From assembly GCA_000004695.1 (NCBI GenBank), contig CM000152.2:3136001-3200000 (forward strand): 64,000 nt of DNA. Reading direction: 5' to 3'. Below the pieces are notes generated by a model. It was not told the DNA's origin. It worked only from the letters and a program-made list of their open reading frames with translations, and made no database searches. Below are positions 13,782 to 25,431 of this stretch, in pieces (the first letter of the stretch is position 1; the number at the start of each line of letters is the position of its first letter). The DNA is from Dictyostelium discoideum. Its lineage: Eukaryota. Made by a program: the position numbers and the translations under genes.

Positions 13782-14375
13782 ATGTTACACCCACAACAAA
13801 TGCAAGAGCAGCAACAGCAACAACAAGAAGCTCAAGCTGCATCAATCATACCAGAACATTATGAAATGGAATATATTCAAAGAAATAATAAAACTGTTTC
13901 ATTTTGGTAATAATCAATATTATAATAACCATAGTTATTTTATTATTATTATTATTATTATTTTAAATATGTTTAGTATTTTACTAATTAAATTTAATTA
14001 AATTTAAAAATTTTAGTCAAATTCCAATTTCAATTTTAGGAGGAGCAATTGCAGGTGTTATTGGATTTTCAGGAGTTTATGGCTTTTTATTTTATTTTTT
14101 TATATATATTACATTTTGTTCATTATTTACATTAAAAGAAAACAAAAATTTACATTTATATTTTCCAAATCCAAGATCAATTTGGTTTGATAGTATTGGT
14201 GCAGGTTTAATGGTATGTTTATTAAACATCCAAAAATATATATATATATTTATATATCACCCCTTCCAAAATCCTATTCCCAAAATTACTAATCCTATTT
14301 TTTTTTTTTAAAAATTACTTATTTTATGATTACTTTAATATTGTTATTTAGCCATATATTTTATTTTGGACGTAA
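13782..14375 (+). CDS. ER membrane protein complex subunit 6 (EMC6/TMEM93) homolog. Exons: 13782..13906, 14017..14212, 14352..14375 (114 aa).
   Basis: The protein reads MLHPQQMQEQQQQQQEAQAASIIPEHYEMEYIQRNNKTVSF + C QIPISILGGAIAGVIGFSGVYGFLFYFFIYITF...IWFDSIGAGLM + PYILFWT*. This matches EMC6 ...[31 protein letters not shown]...[21 protein letters not shown]. Donors are TG|GTAATA (phase 2) and ATG|GTATGT (phase 0). Acceptors are ttttag|T and tatttag|CC. Confidence 0.7.
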
Positions 14376-14569
14376 GTGGAAAAAAAAAAAAAAAAAAAAA
14401 AATCTTCAAGATATTTTCCATAATTAGCAATTACTAATTTTAAATTTCTATTTTTATTTTTTAGATTTTTATATAATATAATACATATTTATTAAATTAA
14501 TTGGGCTCAAAATGTTTTGTATATAAATATAAATATAAATAAAATACATCTATACAGTGCGTTTGGTGT

Positions 14570-14614
<45 letters not shown>

Positions 14615-15037
14615 GAAAAGGCTTCAAAATTTATTTTTATTTATTTATTTTATTTTATTTTATCAAGTCCAATAATCAAATCATCTTAAATCTAATTTTA
14701 TTTATTTTTATTATTTTTTATTTTATTTTCCCATAACTTTTTCGTTTGTTTTTTTTTTTTTTTTTTGTTTTTTTGTTTTTTTTTTTTTTTTTTATTTTAC
14801 AAAAAATAATAATAATTACAAGTTCACTTCACTTCACCCACTTTCTATTTTTTTTAATTTTTTTTTTTTTTATTTTTTTTTTCAATATTATTATATTATT
14901 TTTTTTTTTTAATATTATTATTACAACATATAAAAAAATAATTAATTTTTTTTTAATTTTTTATTGTTTTTTTTTTTAATTACAACACACACATATAAAA
15001 TAATTAAATTTATACATATTTATTTAAATAAATAAAA

Positions 15038-16966
15038 ATGATAATAATAATTAATCAAAAATATTTAATTAAAAAAATATTAAATTATTATTTATCATTT
15101 TATTCAAAATATGGTGATGAAGAGAATGGTATATTATTTTTAAGTTATTCAATAATGAAATTAAGTTCAATTTGTAAAGATTGGAAAAGGGATTTAGTAC
15201 GTAAATTGACATACCCAAGAATTGAGATTACAAATATGGAAGTATTAGCATACGTAGTTGAATGGATTGAAAAGTTGAAATTACCAATAAACAATCTCAA
15301 ATTCCCATTCCATCAACAGAAAACCATGTTTAAAGATGATTTCCTATCACCACAATTAACCGAATCAGTACCAATAATTGCGGATCGTATTAGATCAATT
15401 TCATTCAGATCTGGTAAAATCGATTACGGTGGTACCATTCTGTTAACAGAGAGTATAGAGAGTGCAAGTTTTGGTGTTTTCAATAATAAAGAGTATCAAA
15501 AGTTTTGTAATATCCTAGTAAACTATAAAGAAGTAATTAAAAAATCATTAACATCATTAACATTAACTACAATCCTATATGAATGTGATATCGATATTCA
15601 AGATATTAAAGAATCAATTAAATCATTACAAGTACTTGACTCTTTAATTTTAGTAAGTTGTTTTCAAAATCAAATTCAATCATTAGATTTAATACCACAA
15701 TTATCAAAAACTTTAAGAAAAATTAAATTATTATATATAAATATAGAATATGAAATGTTATTAAATATGATTAAATTAATAATTGAAAATCAACAAAAAT
15801 ATAATAATAATAATAATATAGGTGGTGATGATGATGAAATTTGTAATATATCATATTTTGAATTAAATGCAAAATTTTTAAATCATCATCTTTTAAATAA
15901 TAACAATAATAGTGGTAGTAAAATTAATAATAGTGATAATAGTAATCAATTACCTGATAATGGCGTATTATGGGAGGATGAAGATAAATTTAATCAACAA
16001 TTTTCAGAATCTTCAAATTGCTTTTATTTAGATGGTGTTTTTGAATTATTATCAAATTGGAAATCTTTAAAATCTTTTAAAATTATAATGCCTGACGAGA
16101 CTGTAAACGTTTCAAGCGTTTTAAATTTTTTAGGTTGTCAAGAAAATTTAAAAAAATTCACTTTTATTGTCAAATTAAATGATGATATTAATAAAAATAA
16201 AAATAATAATGAATATATAACATCAATTGATAATTTAAATTATTCAGTTAAAAAGATAATGATTAAATCATTTATTGAAAATGATAAAGATTGTATACCA
16301 ATGATATGGAATAAATGTAAAGAATTGAATAGATTAGAATTACATTTAGAAGGTGATACAATTGAAAGTGATAAATTTTATAGTTTTAATGATAGTGATA
16401 ATAATAATAAATCAGATTTAGAGATTAAAATATTTAGTTTAAATCATCCATATTCAAATAGATTATTTAATTCAATTCATTCAAATTTAAATGTAGTTTC
16501 AGTTACAATAATTAATGAACAAGATGAATTGGATTCTTTAAGAGAGGTATTGTTATGGAATCATCCAACTATTAAAACTTTGAATTTCAATAAATCAGAT
16601 TGTAAATCTCCACAAACTTTATCACTTATAGACCCAATAATTAATAATAATACAATTGAATTCCTTTATATTGCTGGTGTATTACAAAAAGATTCACTCT
16701 ATCCTCAACATGATAATTTAGAACTATTAATTCAAATTCTATCTCGTAATAATACTTTAATTCATTTAGATTTTAGTTTTAATTCATTACCATCGAAAAT
16801 GACTGATGATGAATTATCTAAACTTTTAAATGCAATTCAATCAAATAAAACAATTCAATCACTAACTTTAAATGGTTGTTGGGATATATCCTCAAAATAT
16901 ATTAATATCATTAATAAAACATTATTAATATGTGGTATATTATCAACTTATTGTGATCCATTTTAA
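15038..16966 (+). CDS. F-box-like, leucine-rich-repeat (RNI-like) protein. Single exon, 642 aa.
   Basis: The ORF is continuous. The N terminus (FLSYSIMKLSSICKDWKRDLVRKLTY) resembles an F-box. The C-terminal half has degenerate LRRs (LxxLxLxxN..., LDFSFNSLPSKMTDDELSKLLNAIQSNKTIQSLTLNGC). A typical Dictyostelium Asn-rich insertion is present. Confidence 0.55.
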   Translation: MIIIINQKYLIKKILNYYLSFYSKYGDEENGILFLSYSIMKLSSICKDWKRDLVRKLTYPRIEITNMEVLAYVVEWIEKLKLPINNLKFPFHQQKTMFKDDFLSPQLTESVPIIADRIRSISFRSGKIDYGGTILLTESIESASFGVFNNKEYQKFCNILVNYKEVIKKSLTSLTLTTILYECDIDIQDIKESIKSLQVLDSLILVSCFQNQIQSLDLIPQLSKTLRKIKLLYINIEYEMLLNMIKLIIENQQKYNNNNNIGGDDDEICNISYFELNAKFLNHHLLNNNNNSGSKINNSDNSNQLPDNGVLWEDEDKFNQQFSESSNCFYLDGVFELLSNWKSLKSFKIIMPDETVNVSSVLNFLGCQENLKKFTFIVKLNDDINKNKNNNEYITSIDNLNYSVKKIMIKSFIENDKDCIPMIWNKCKELNRLELHLEGDTIESDKFYSFNDSDNNNKSDLEIKIFSLNHPYSNRLFNSIHSNLNVVSVTIINEQDELDSLREVLLWNHPTIKTLNFNKSDCKSPQTLSLIDPIINNNTIEFLYIAGVLQKDSLYPQHDNLELLIQILSRNNTLIHLDFSFNSLPSKMTDDELSKLLNAIQSNKTIQSLTLNGCWDISSKYINIINKTLLICGILSTYCDPF

Positions 16967-17115
16967 AAATAATAAAAAAATAAATAATAATAAATAATAA
17001 ATTTAAAATAATTAAAAAAAAAAAAAAAAAAAACATCCTTTAAATATAATTTATTTATTTTATTTTTATATTTATATTTAAAAAAAAAAATATATACACC
17101 TCCTTATTATATAGT

Positions 17116-17574
17116 TTATTTATTTATAATTTGATCAAATTGTTGGATTAAATTTAGAGGTGAATGTAAATCATTTTCAAGTGTTGGTAGAGTAATATTC
17201 TCTTGAATTGATTTTTCATTTGTTAAATCTTTTAAAGAATCTGGAATATTTAGAAATAAATCCTCATTCAAATTTGGTAAAATAAAACTCTTATTATTAT
17301 TATTTCCTTCAATATTAGTTGAAATAATATTATTTGAGTTATAATCATTGTCATTATTACTATAATTTGTTATTGGTAACAATGATAAATTTGATAGGGG
17401 TGATTGGAAATTGATACTATTATATAATTGTAAGAATTGATTAAAAAGTGTATCCATTATTTCTCTATTGGAATTCAATTGATTGAATAATTGTTTAATA
17501 TTTTCAATTGGCAATAAATTATTTAAATCAATATTGTTTGTTGTAGTTATTGTCGTTGTTGATATGTAATTCAT
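17116..17574 (-). CDS. Hypothetical Asn-rich protein, about 152 aa from the first true ATG.
   Basis: The ORF is 17116..17625. The track start is a TTG. The first in-frame ATG gives MNYISTTTITTTNNIDLNN... There is no recognisable domain. Coding status is uncertain. Confidence 0.3.
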   Translation of the reverse strand: MNYISTTTITTTNNIDLNNLLPIENIKQLFNQLNSNREIMDTLFNQFLQLYNSINFQSPLSNLSLLPITNYSNNDNDYNSNNIISTNIEGNNNNKSFILPNLNEDLFLNIPDSLKDLTNEKSIQENITLPTLENDLHSPLNLIQQFDQIINK

Positions 17575-17714
17575 TTTCTTTAATTTTTTATAATTATTGT
17601 TTTTATTGTTGTTACTACCATCCAATAATGGTTCAATTGAATTTGTAATTGGATTTGGTTGAAAATGATGAAATTTTTGAACTTTAAATTTATCTTTATG
17701 TTTTTAAAATAATA

Positions 17715-17748
<34 letters not shown>

Positions 17749-18237
17749 AATTTAGATTAAATTAATTAATCTTTTCAAATTCGGTCCAATTTTTTTTTAA
17801 ATTTTATAATTTACCAATTTGATAAGGTAATTTTCTCTTTTTAATTTGATTTGTTTGATTATTTTTCATTTCAATTGATCTTAATTTTATATAATTATCT
17901 CTTTTTTATTTGTTATTGTTATTTTTTAAAAAAAGAAAATATTGTTTGAAATTTAGAATAAATAAAAAAAATAATAATGAAAAAAAAAAAAAAAGCTATT
18001 TATACTTCCATTTTAATAAATTTTTTTAAAAAATAAAAAAAATAATAAAAAAAATAATAAAAAATAAAAAATAAATAAAAAATAAATTAAGTTAATTATA
18101 AAATTATTATCCAAATGAAGATATTTTTTTAAATTTAGAATAAGGTGGTTTTCTATGATTTTAAATATTTATATATATATTTTTCCTAAACCAGAGGTTT
18201 TTTTTTTTATTATTATTTATTAATTTATTTTATTTAT

Positions 18238-19321
18238 TTATTTATCAACTAATTCAGCTTCTTTTTCTTCAAATTCAATAACATTTGAAATTAATTTAGA
18301 TTGTTTATCATCCAAAAGTGACATAGAATCCATATTCTTTATGACATCATTGAAATCGAATTCATTTGGACGATTAGTAAATGTTTGCATAATTTTATAT
18401 TTATTATCATCCAAGAGATAAGTTTGAAGTTGGTTATAAAGATATTGAGCTTGTATATTATTTAAAACTTCTCTATAATTTTTTTTTAATAATAAAAAAA
18501 ATTAATAAAAGGGGGTCACATTAAAAAATTAATTAATTTTATTTTATTTTATTTTACTTACAAATTTGGTTCAGCTCTCATTAAAACGATTTCTTTAGAA
18601 TCAATAAAATCGATATAGTGTGAAGCGACCATCCATGGTACAGCATTGACTGTATGTTTTTTATATTGTTCTAAATAGGTGAAAACAAAATGATCACCTT
18701 GATTTTGATATAACATTGAAATAAAACCTTTATCACCTGGAAGTGGGAAAATAAAGATTGGACTATGTAAATTCACAAAACACAAAATAAAAAAAAAAAA
18801 AGAATTATTAAATATAATAAAATAATAATAATAATAATAATATTGTTCACTTACCATGCTTTTGATCTTTCAATTAATTTTTTATAAATATCTTTTGGAA
18901 TTACAGCACAAAGGCAATCTTTTTTTAAATGATATTGTAACCAAATATCTTTGATTGTGGCAACATCTTCTTTTTCCATTAATTCAATCTTTACAACTTC
19001 ATTTAGTTTACCTGGTGGACCCAAGAATGGTTTATCTGCTTTATAATCTGGTTTAGTTGTATAAAATTTATTACCAATTAATGCTTGCGCGCATTGTGAC
19101 ATTGGTGTGGTTGTAGTTGTTGATGGTTTGGTAATATTATTATTATTATTATTAACTTTTGATGGTGTTGCTAATTTTTTATTTTGAAACATATTATTAT
19201 TATTAATTGCTTTATTTGTTAATAAATTGAAAGAAGTTGTTGTTGTAGTTGTGGTTGTGGTTGAATTAGTAGTCTTTTTTAATAAAGATCCTACTGTGGA
19301 TAATCTATTTACTAAATTCAT
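18238..19321 (-). CDS. ATP synthase mitochondrial F1 complex assembly factor 1 (ATP11/ATPAF1). Exons: 19321..18855, 18762..18562, 18472..18238 (300 aa).
   Basis: Exon 1 (MNLVNRLSTVGSLLKK...) looks like a mitochondrial presequence and ends ...LNEVVKIELMEKEDVATIKDIWLQYHLKKDCLCAVIPKDIYKKLIERSKA, followed by G|GTAAGT (phase 2). The acceptor catag|T gives CPIFIFPLPGDKGFISMLYQNQGDHFVFTYLEQYKKH...IVLMRAEPN, which matches human [22 protein letters not shown]...IVLMTAEMD. Exon 3 (LEVLNNIQAQYLY...TNRPNEFDFNDVIKNM...) matches ...NLRPNEFKYMSVIAEL. All three phases close. Confidence 0.85.
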
Positions 19322-19624
19322 CTAAACAATAGTTCGTTTTTTATGAAAATGAATTGGGTTTTTTTTTTTTTTTTTTTTTTTTTTGGAAAAATAAAAAAAA
19401 TAAAAAATAAAATAAAAAAAAAATGAAAAAAAAAATAAAATAAATAAAATTTTTTTTTAATTAAAATATCAGAAAAAAAAAAAAAAAAAGTAATTTATTT
19501 GTAAAAGTGATGATGATAGTATTACTCATTGTGGAAATGTGAAAATTAAAAGAGTGGTTTAGATATATATATATATAAATTTTTAAAATTGATTTAAAAT
19601 TTTGTGGGTAATTCATTTTTATAA

Positions 19625-19658
<34 letters not shown>

Positions 19659-20252
19659 GTTATTATTATTATAATTAAACTGTTATTTTAAATTATTTTT
19701 ATCTCTTTTTTTATTTTATTTTTATTTTATTTTATTTTATTTTATTTTATTTTATTTTTTAGATTATGTCTGGTAAAAAAAAAAAAAAAATAAACCAATT
19801 TTACAAAGTGGTGGGGAACTGATAAAATTGAGATAATTTGTTGTTTTTAATTTTTTTTTTTTTTTTATAATTTTATTTTTTTTGAATTAAATTTTTTTTT
19901 TTTTTTTTTATTTTAAATTTTATATTTTTTTTTTTTTTTTCATTTTCTTATTAATTTATAAATTCCTTCCTTCATAAAACTACACAATTTAAAAATTTTA
20001 TTATTCCATCTTTAATAATAATAATAATAATAATAATAACAGTAAAATAGAAATAAATAAAAACAAAAAAATAGATAAATAAAATTTTAATAGATACAAA
20101 TAAAAAAAAAAAAAAAAAAAAAAAAAATAATTTTAGTTACATATATACACACATTAACATAACATATATATAAAATATAAACATATATAAAAAAAATAAA
20201 AAAAAAAAAAACAAATAAAAAATAAAAATAAAAAAAAACAACTTGTAAATAA

Positions 20253-20283
<31 letters not shown>

Positions 20284-20311
20284 AAAAATTTAGATTTAAA
20301 ATACAAAAAAA

Positions 20312-20566
20312 ATGAATATAATTAGAACTACCCAAACATTAAATGCTCAATCAAAGCAATTGTTTAGGTCTTATTCATCACTTACACCATCACAACATCT
20401 TCCAAAGAAACTTAATTTCCCAATAAAAAACAAATTTCATCCAGTAGATTCTATTAAAGCAGTAAATAAAACACGTCATTCAATATTTAAAGCAAGAAAA
20501 TCATTAGATAGAGGTTTATTAAAAAAAGCAGAAGATTTGCTGTGTCATCTGTCAGAGATTTTATGA
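20312..20566 (+). CDS. 84-aa ORF with a mitochondrial presequence-like N terminus. It may be the 5' exon or exons of the downstream TPR gene, or a separate small gene.
   Basis: It starts at a true ATG at 20312. The N terminus MNIIRTTQTLNAQSKQLFRSYSS is basic and hydroxylated. It ends in TGA immediately before a GTAAGT at 20569, so simple splicing to the next exon requires a frame change or an internal donor such as GCA|GTAAAT at 20462. Confidence 0.25.
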   Translation: MNIIRTTQTLNAQSKQLFRSYSSLTPSQHLPKKLNFPIKNKFHPVDSIKAVNKTRHSIFKARKSLDRGLLKKAEDLLCHLSEIL

Positions 20567-20664
20567 AGTAAGTTTTATTATTATTATTTTTTAAAATTAA
20601 TTTAAATCATAAAACTAATTAATTTTATTATTATTTATTATTTTTTATTATTTATTATAAATAG

Positions 20665-21836
20665 AAAAATTGATTTAGCATCATCATTATATGCATATCC
20701 AACATATGCACTTGGATTAGTTTCATTAAAAAAAGGTTATTATTCGACTAGTGAAGATCTTTTAAGAGATTCTTTGAGAAGAAGTGAAGCAATCGATAAC
20801 ATTAGTAAAAATGTTAGAAAGAATATGATAGAGTCTACAAATGATTTAGGTTTAGCATTATTAAGACAAGGTGACTATGGAAAATCTTTTTCAAATTTCT
20901 CTAAAGCAGAAGAAATGGTCAAAGAAGAAATGCTTAACGATAATATTGATCTGTAATTATCTATATTAATTATTACTTTTAAAAATTTTAAAACACTAAT
21001 TTATTTAAACTTTTTTTTTTTTTTTTTACAGTTACTTTTTACTTCCAGCAATTTACTCAAATATTGGCGAATATTATAGAGAATTTCATTGTTATGATAC
21101 ATCGATTGAGTTTCATGCAAGAGCACATAATTGTTTATTAGCATTTCCAGAAGAACAATTAAATTTAGCAAGATGTCTCCTTAATAGAGGACAATTATAT
21201 AGAATATCCAATCAAATCGAGGTAGGCAAAGAGTTTTTAGATGCTGGTCAAAAGAAATTGATAAGTTATTTGAACTCTATAGACTCAAGACCAACACCAA
21301 ATCATATGGATTGGTCAAAATTTTTAATGGAGTATGGACATTATTATTTCAGTATAGGTAATATTGAAAAAGCTAGAAAAAAGTTTACCTCTGCAAAAGA
21401 TCATTTCATATCAATGGATAATTCAGAAACACCAGATGCAATTATAAACATGATCAATCTCGCCATCATTGAAAAAAATTTCCCAACCTTACCATCAGCT
21501 CAATCCGACACTTACATCTCTGAAATTTTAGCTTCCATTCAATCACCACTTCACAAATTAAAGAATCAAAGATTCAATTTAGATTCATATGAAATAGATT
21601 CAGCAATTCAAAGTTTAGTGAATGATCCAATTCAAACAACAACAACTACAACAACTACAACAACACCAAATCACAATAACAATACTAAAGCGGCATCCAA
21701 AAATACTAACATCACTTTTAAACCAGAAATCACTTTTAAACCAGAACCAAGTAAAGTGAAATTAGTTGAACCACTTGCATTCCAATTAATGTTTATTGAA
21801 TCTCAAACTCAACCAAGCTTCGGGTTAAAATATTAA
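20665..21836 (+). CDS. TPR-like repeat protein, 5' end unresolved. Exons: 20665..20952 and 21032..21836.
   Basis: The acceptor is aatag|A at 20663-64, with an incoming phase-2 codon. It encodes KIDLASSLYAYPTYALGLVSLKKGYYSTSEDLLRDSLRRSEAIDN...KSFSNFSKAEEMVKEEMLNDNIDL, then CT|GTAATT. The second acceptor is tttttacag|T at 21030-31. The gene continues LYFLLPAIYSNIGEYYREFHCYDTSIEFHARAHNCLLAFPEEQLNLARCLLNRGQLYRISNQIEVGKEFLDAGQKK...KFTSAKDHF. Helical repeats of about 34 aa with small and aromatic residues suggest TPR. A TTC19-like mitochondrial protein is possible but unverified. Confidence 0.5.
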
Positions 21837-21961
21837 TTTAATAAATTGTTTGATTGATTTATTATTTTGTATCATATTAAAAAAAAGATTCACTGTTTTT
21901 GTTTTTTTTTTTTTTTAATTTACAAATAATTGATTAAATTAGAATCTTAGATTTTTTTTTG

Positions 21962-22217
21962 AAACCTGAGTTCATTGAGAAGAAGTAGAAGAAGAGGGTA
22001 TCTACTACTTTAAAATGATTTAATTTTGGTAAGGCCAAATCTCTTTTCTTTTTTTTCTGGGAAATTTCATCTAAATTAAATTGGCTGCTACCAAAATCTA
22101 AAATGTGTTTTAATAATACAATTATACAATACTTATTTAGATTTAAATACTCCAAAATAATTATTTTAAAGTAGTAGATACCCTCTTCTTCTACTTCTTC
22201 TCAATGAACTCAGGTTT
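21962..22217. mobile_element. MITE-like element of 256 bp: perfect 55-bp terminal inverted repeats (21962..22016 and 22163..22217) around a 146-bp spacer.
   Basis: The left arm AAACCTGAGTTCATTGAGAAGAAGTAGAAGAAGAGGGTATCTACTACTTTAAAAT is the exact reverse complement of the right arm. There is no coding capacity. It lies in an AT-rich intergenic region. Confidence 0.55.
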
Positions 22218-22658
22218 TTAACTTTGTTAACATTGTACACCAAAATTGAAAAGTAAAATTTATATTTCCCTAATAATTTTTAAATTATAAAGTTTGTGGT
22301 ATTTTTATTTTTATTAATTTTAAATAGGCCTCTTTTAAATTTAATTAACATTTAATTTAATTGAAATTAATATATTAATAAAAAACTCAATCTAATCCCA
22401 AAAAATTCATTTTAGGAATTAAACTTGTTTCAGCCATTAAACTATTTTTTTTTTTTTAAAATAGTTTATAATATAATTAATAAAAAATTATGATAAAAAT
22501 TAAGAAAATCTAATGAAAAAGAAAAAAATAAACCAGATAGTTAAAAACAATAATAAATTTATATCAATCAAATTTTTGTTGAATAATATTAAATATTTAA
22601 TATTTAATAAAATTTATTTTTTTAAAATTAAACTTGATTTTAAAAATGGATAGGTGGT

Positions 22659-23132
22659 TTAAAAAGAAACAGATAAAACATCCAAATTTGCAGGTTGAGT
22701 ACCTTCAAGAATGAAACCAAATGTAAAGGAAGCATGGGCATTGATTGATGGTTGGTATGATGGAAGAGTGAGAATACCGTTTGGTAAAAGGTTAACATTC
22801 CAGATTGAAGTATTTGAATGATCTCTTAATCTTAAAGTGTAATCAGTGGCAATGTAAATTTGTTTAATATTTGTATTTAAATTATTTGTGATTGTAATAT
22901 CATATTGAGTGAATCTTTTATTACCACGTGAACCATCTACCCAAGTACCAATTACCTTTGTTGATAATGAAACTTCATGACAATCATTAATTGGAATACA
23001 ATTACAAACACCATTATCAATTCTACAAACTTGACCATATTGACAACTATATGGGCCACATTGGTATGGGAAACTTGCTGAAGCAAATGCAATTGTTAAT
23101 AATAAACTTAATAAAATAAGGATTGATCTCAT
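22659..23132 (-). CDS. Secreted Cys-rich protein with a CBM49-like beta-sandwich domain, 157 aa. This is an inverted paralog of the three tandem genes at 58-62.5 kb.
   Basis: The protein has a signal peptide MRSILILLSLLLTIAFASA and a 6-Cys motif CGPYSCQYGQVCRIDNGVCNCIPINDC. It continues W..G....FTQYDITITNN.NTNIKQIYI....IWNV.LLPNG.LTLPSY, reminiscent of the Dictyostelium CBM49 cellulose-binding module. It is 95-97% identical to the ORFs at 58120, 60112 and 62023. Confidence 0.7.
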   Translation of the reverse strand: MRSILILLSLLLTIAFASASFPYQCGPYSCQYGQVCRIDNGVCNCIPINDCHEVSLSTKVIGTWVDGSRGNKRFTQYDITITNNLNTNIKQIYIATDYTLRLRDHSNTSIWNVNLLPNGILTLPSYQPSINAHASFTFGFILEGTQPANLDVLSVSF

Positions 23133-23697
23133 TTTAATTATTAAAAAAAACTCTTTTATTATTTGTTTTTATATATATATATTTTTTTTTGGAATGAATG
23201 GTTTAAAAAAAAAAAAATAACTATTTATACAAATATTTTTCTTCTTTAAAAATTAGAAATATAATTTTTAAATAATATTAAAATTGTGTTTTTTAAAATG
23301 GGAATCAAATGATTAATAATCAAATCCATTTGCCATAAATATTAAATAATTAAAAAAAAAAAAAATAAAAAATAAAATAAAGTGTATAGGTTATAAAATA
23401 AACCTTTACCGCAATAGTTTAATTAAAAAAAAAAAAAAATTATCTCTTATTTGTTAAAAAATATTATCTAGAAAAAAAAAAAAAAGTAGCACAATTTATC
23501 TCTTCGATACAATTTTGGAATCAATATAATTAATAATGAAACTTCCTTTATTCCAAATTTAATTTAAATTATACTTTTATTTCAAAGAAAGCCATACAAA
23601 AAAAAAATTCCCAATATCTTAAAAATACCTAAAAGAACGATTAATATTTGTTTATTTATTCAATTATTTTTTCTTTATTTTTTATTTTTTTTTTTTC

Positions 23698-23737
<40 letters not shown>

Positions 23738-23771
23738 GGGTTTGGTGTTATCTTAACAATTAATTAATTTA

Positions 23772-23882
<111 letters not shown>

Positions 23883-23962
23883 TTTATTTTTATTATTATT
23901 ATTATTTAATTTTAATTTAAAATTTATATTCAATTTTTATATATTATTATTGTTATTATTAA

Positions 23963-24430
23963 TTATTCACTTGAACCAGAAATAGGTGTAGTAGAATAAG
24001 GTGAATGTCTACCACTATATAATACAGGACTTCCTTTGTGCAATAAATTTGTGGTTTCATCATCGGAATCATAACGTTGTGGATCCAAAAATAATCTTGA
24101 AGGTTGTTGTTGAATGATTCTACCGGGTATGACAGCTGTTTGAGGTGGATATGCAAATGAATTAACATTTTTATTTCTTCTGGCTAGACCACCGATATGA
24201 GTGGTTGGTATTCTCCAAAATAAAACTAAAATTAAAATATATGGTAAAATCTCCCATACTAAATATGTAAAGAAAACGGTTAAATTCTCTCTTAATGATA
24301 ATTGATCACTTAATGATATATTAACTTTTCCAAATGCTGCAATAAAATCATAAACACATCTACTTGTAAAACATAAAAATATGAAAAATGTAATTGGTAT
24401 AATTGATAATGGTAATTGAGATTGTAACTA

Positions 24431-24463
<33 letters not shown>

Positions 24464-25380
24464 TTTGATTAATATCTGGTATCTGTTATCTATTATCTGT
24501 TAACTTTTTTTTTTTTTTTTTTTTTTTTTTGATCTACACTTACATGACGATTTGTATTTTGCTTAATAATTCTTAACTTCCAACCATAAAATGCTAAAAT
24601 TGAAACTAATAATAAAAATACAACACCATTCAAAATCGATTGAATTTGTGTTAGCAAAGACATATCTGAATATTTTACATATATTGCTATCCATACTGCG
24701 TACATTTAAAAAATGATAAAAATGATAAAAATAATTAATATTTATGATTTACTTAATTTTTTTTTATTATTTGTTATTTGAGAATATTCTCCTCAAAGGA
24801 AAAAATAAAAAAATAAAAAAGGGAGGGGGTAGGTTGACTTCTTTATAATTTTCACAGTGAGAATGTCATTGGTGATGATGATATTTTTTTAATTTGTAAA
24901 ACTTACCAATTTGTAAAACTAATAAAATTATATTGACAGATGAATAAACTATTGTGAATCTCATCCTAGTGAATCTTTCCCATGTTGTTCTATGTACTAC
25001 ATGAGCATAAAATAAAACTAAAAGTGAAAATGTTGCGAATTGAATATTGATTGGAATTAAAAAAAAGGTAGTTAAAACTGCTTTATTTGAACTAAAAATA
25101 TCAAAAAATCCCCAAAATATTGCTCTTAATAATCCCCATATAAATCCAAGTAATAGAAATCCAAATCTAAATGAAAATATATTATGCCTATAGGTATTTG
25201 TTTTAAAAAATTTTATTTGTTAATAAAAAAATACATTGTTATTTCTTTATTTCTTCTGATTCTAAATAACTATACATACTTATTGTAAAGAATTCTTACT
25301 ATTTGAAATGATACAATAAGTGTTAAAGATGAATATAGTATTAATAAAGGGAAAGGTATCCCTGAAAAATATGATGTCAT
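23963..25380 (-). CDS. 7TM protein of the THH1/TOM1/TOM3 (DUF1084) family. Exons: 25380..25280, 25187..24907, 24695..24544, 24427..23963 (about 332 aa).
   Basis: Exon 1 is MTSYFSGIPFPLLILYSSLTLIVSFQIVRILYN + AA, then GTATGT. Using the earlier GTAAGA at 25299 instead breaks the phase. The acceptor tatag|G gives KHNIFSFRFGFLLLGFIWGLLRAIFWGFFDIF...FATFSLLVLFYAHVVHRTT, which matches Arabidopsis TOM1 LVQLIRIQ...VRAVLFGF...FSAYTLLVLFWAEIYHQARS. Donors are GTAAGT and GTAAGT. Acceptors are cgcag|TA and aaaatag|TTA. All phases close. The stop is at 23963-65. Confidence 0.75.
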
Positions 25381-25391
25381 TTGCTATATTT

Positions 25392-25431
<40 letters not shown>

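Noticed and set aside
14746-14979. 77-aa poly-Phe ORF.
   Set aside because: It is a pure T-run translation in the intergenic region upstream of the F-box/LRR gene.
21934-22155. 73-aa minus-strand ORF.
   Set aside because: It lies across the inverted-repeat element and its spacer. It has no start context or homology, and the element is better explained as non-coding.
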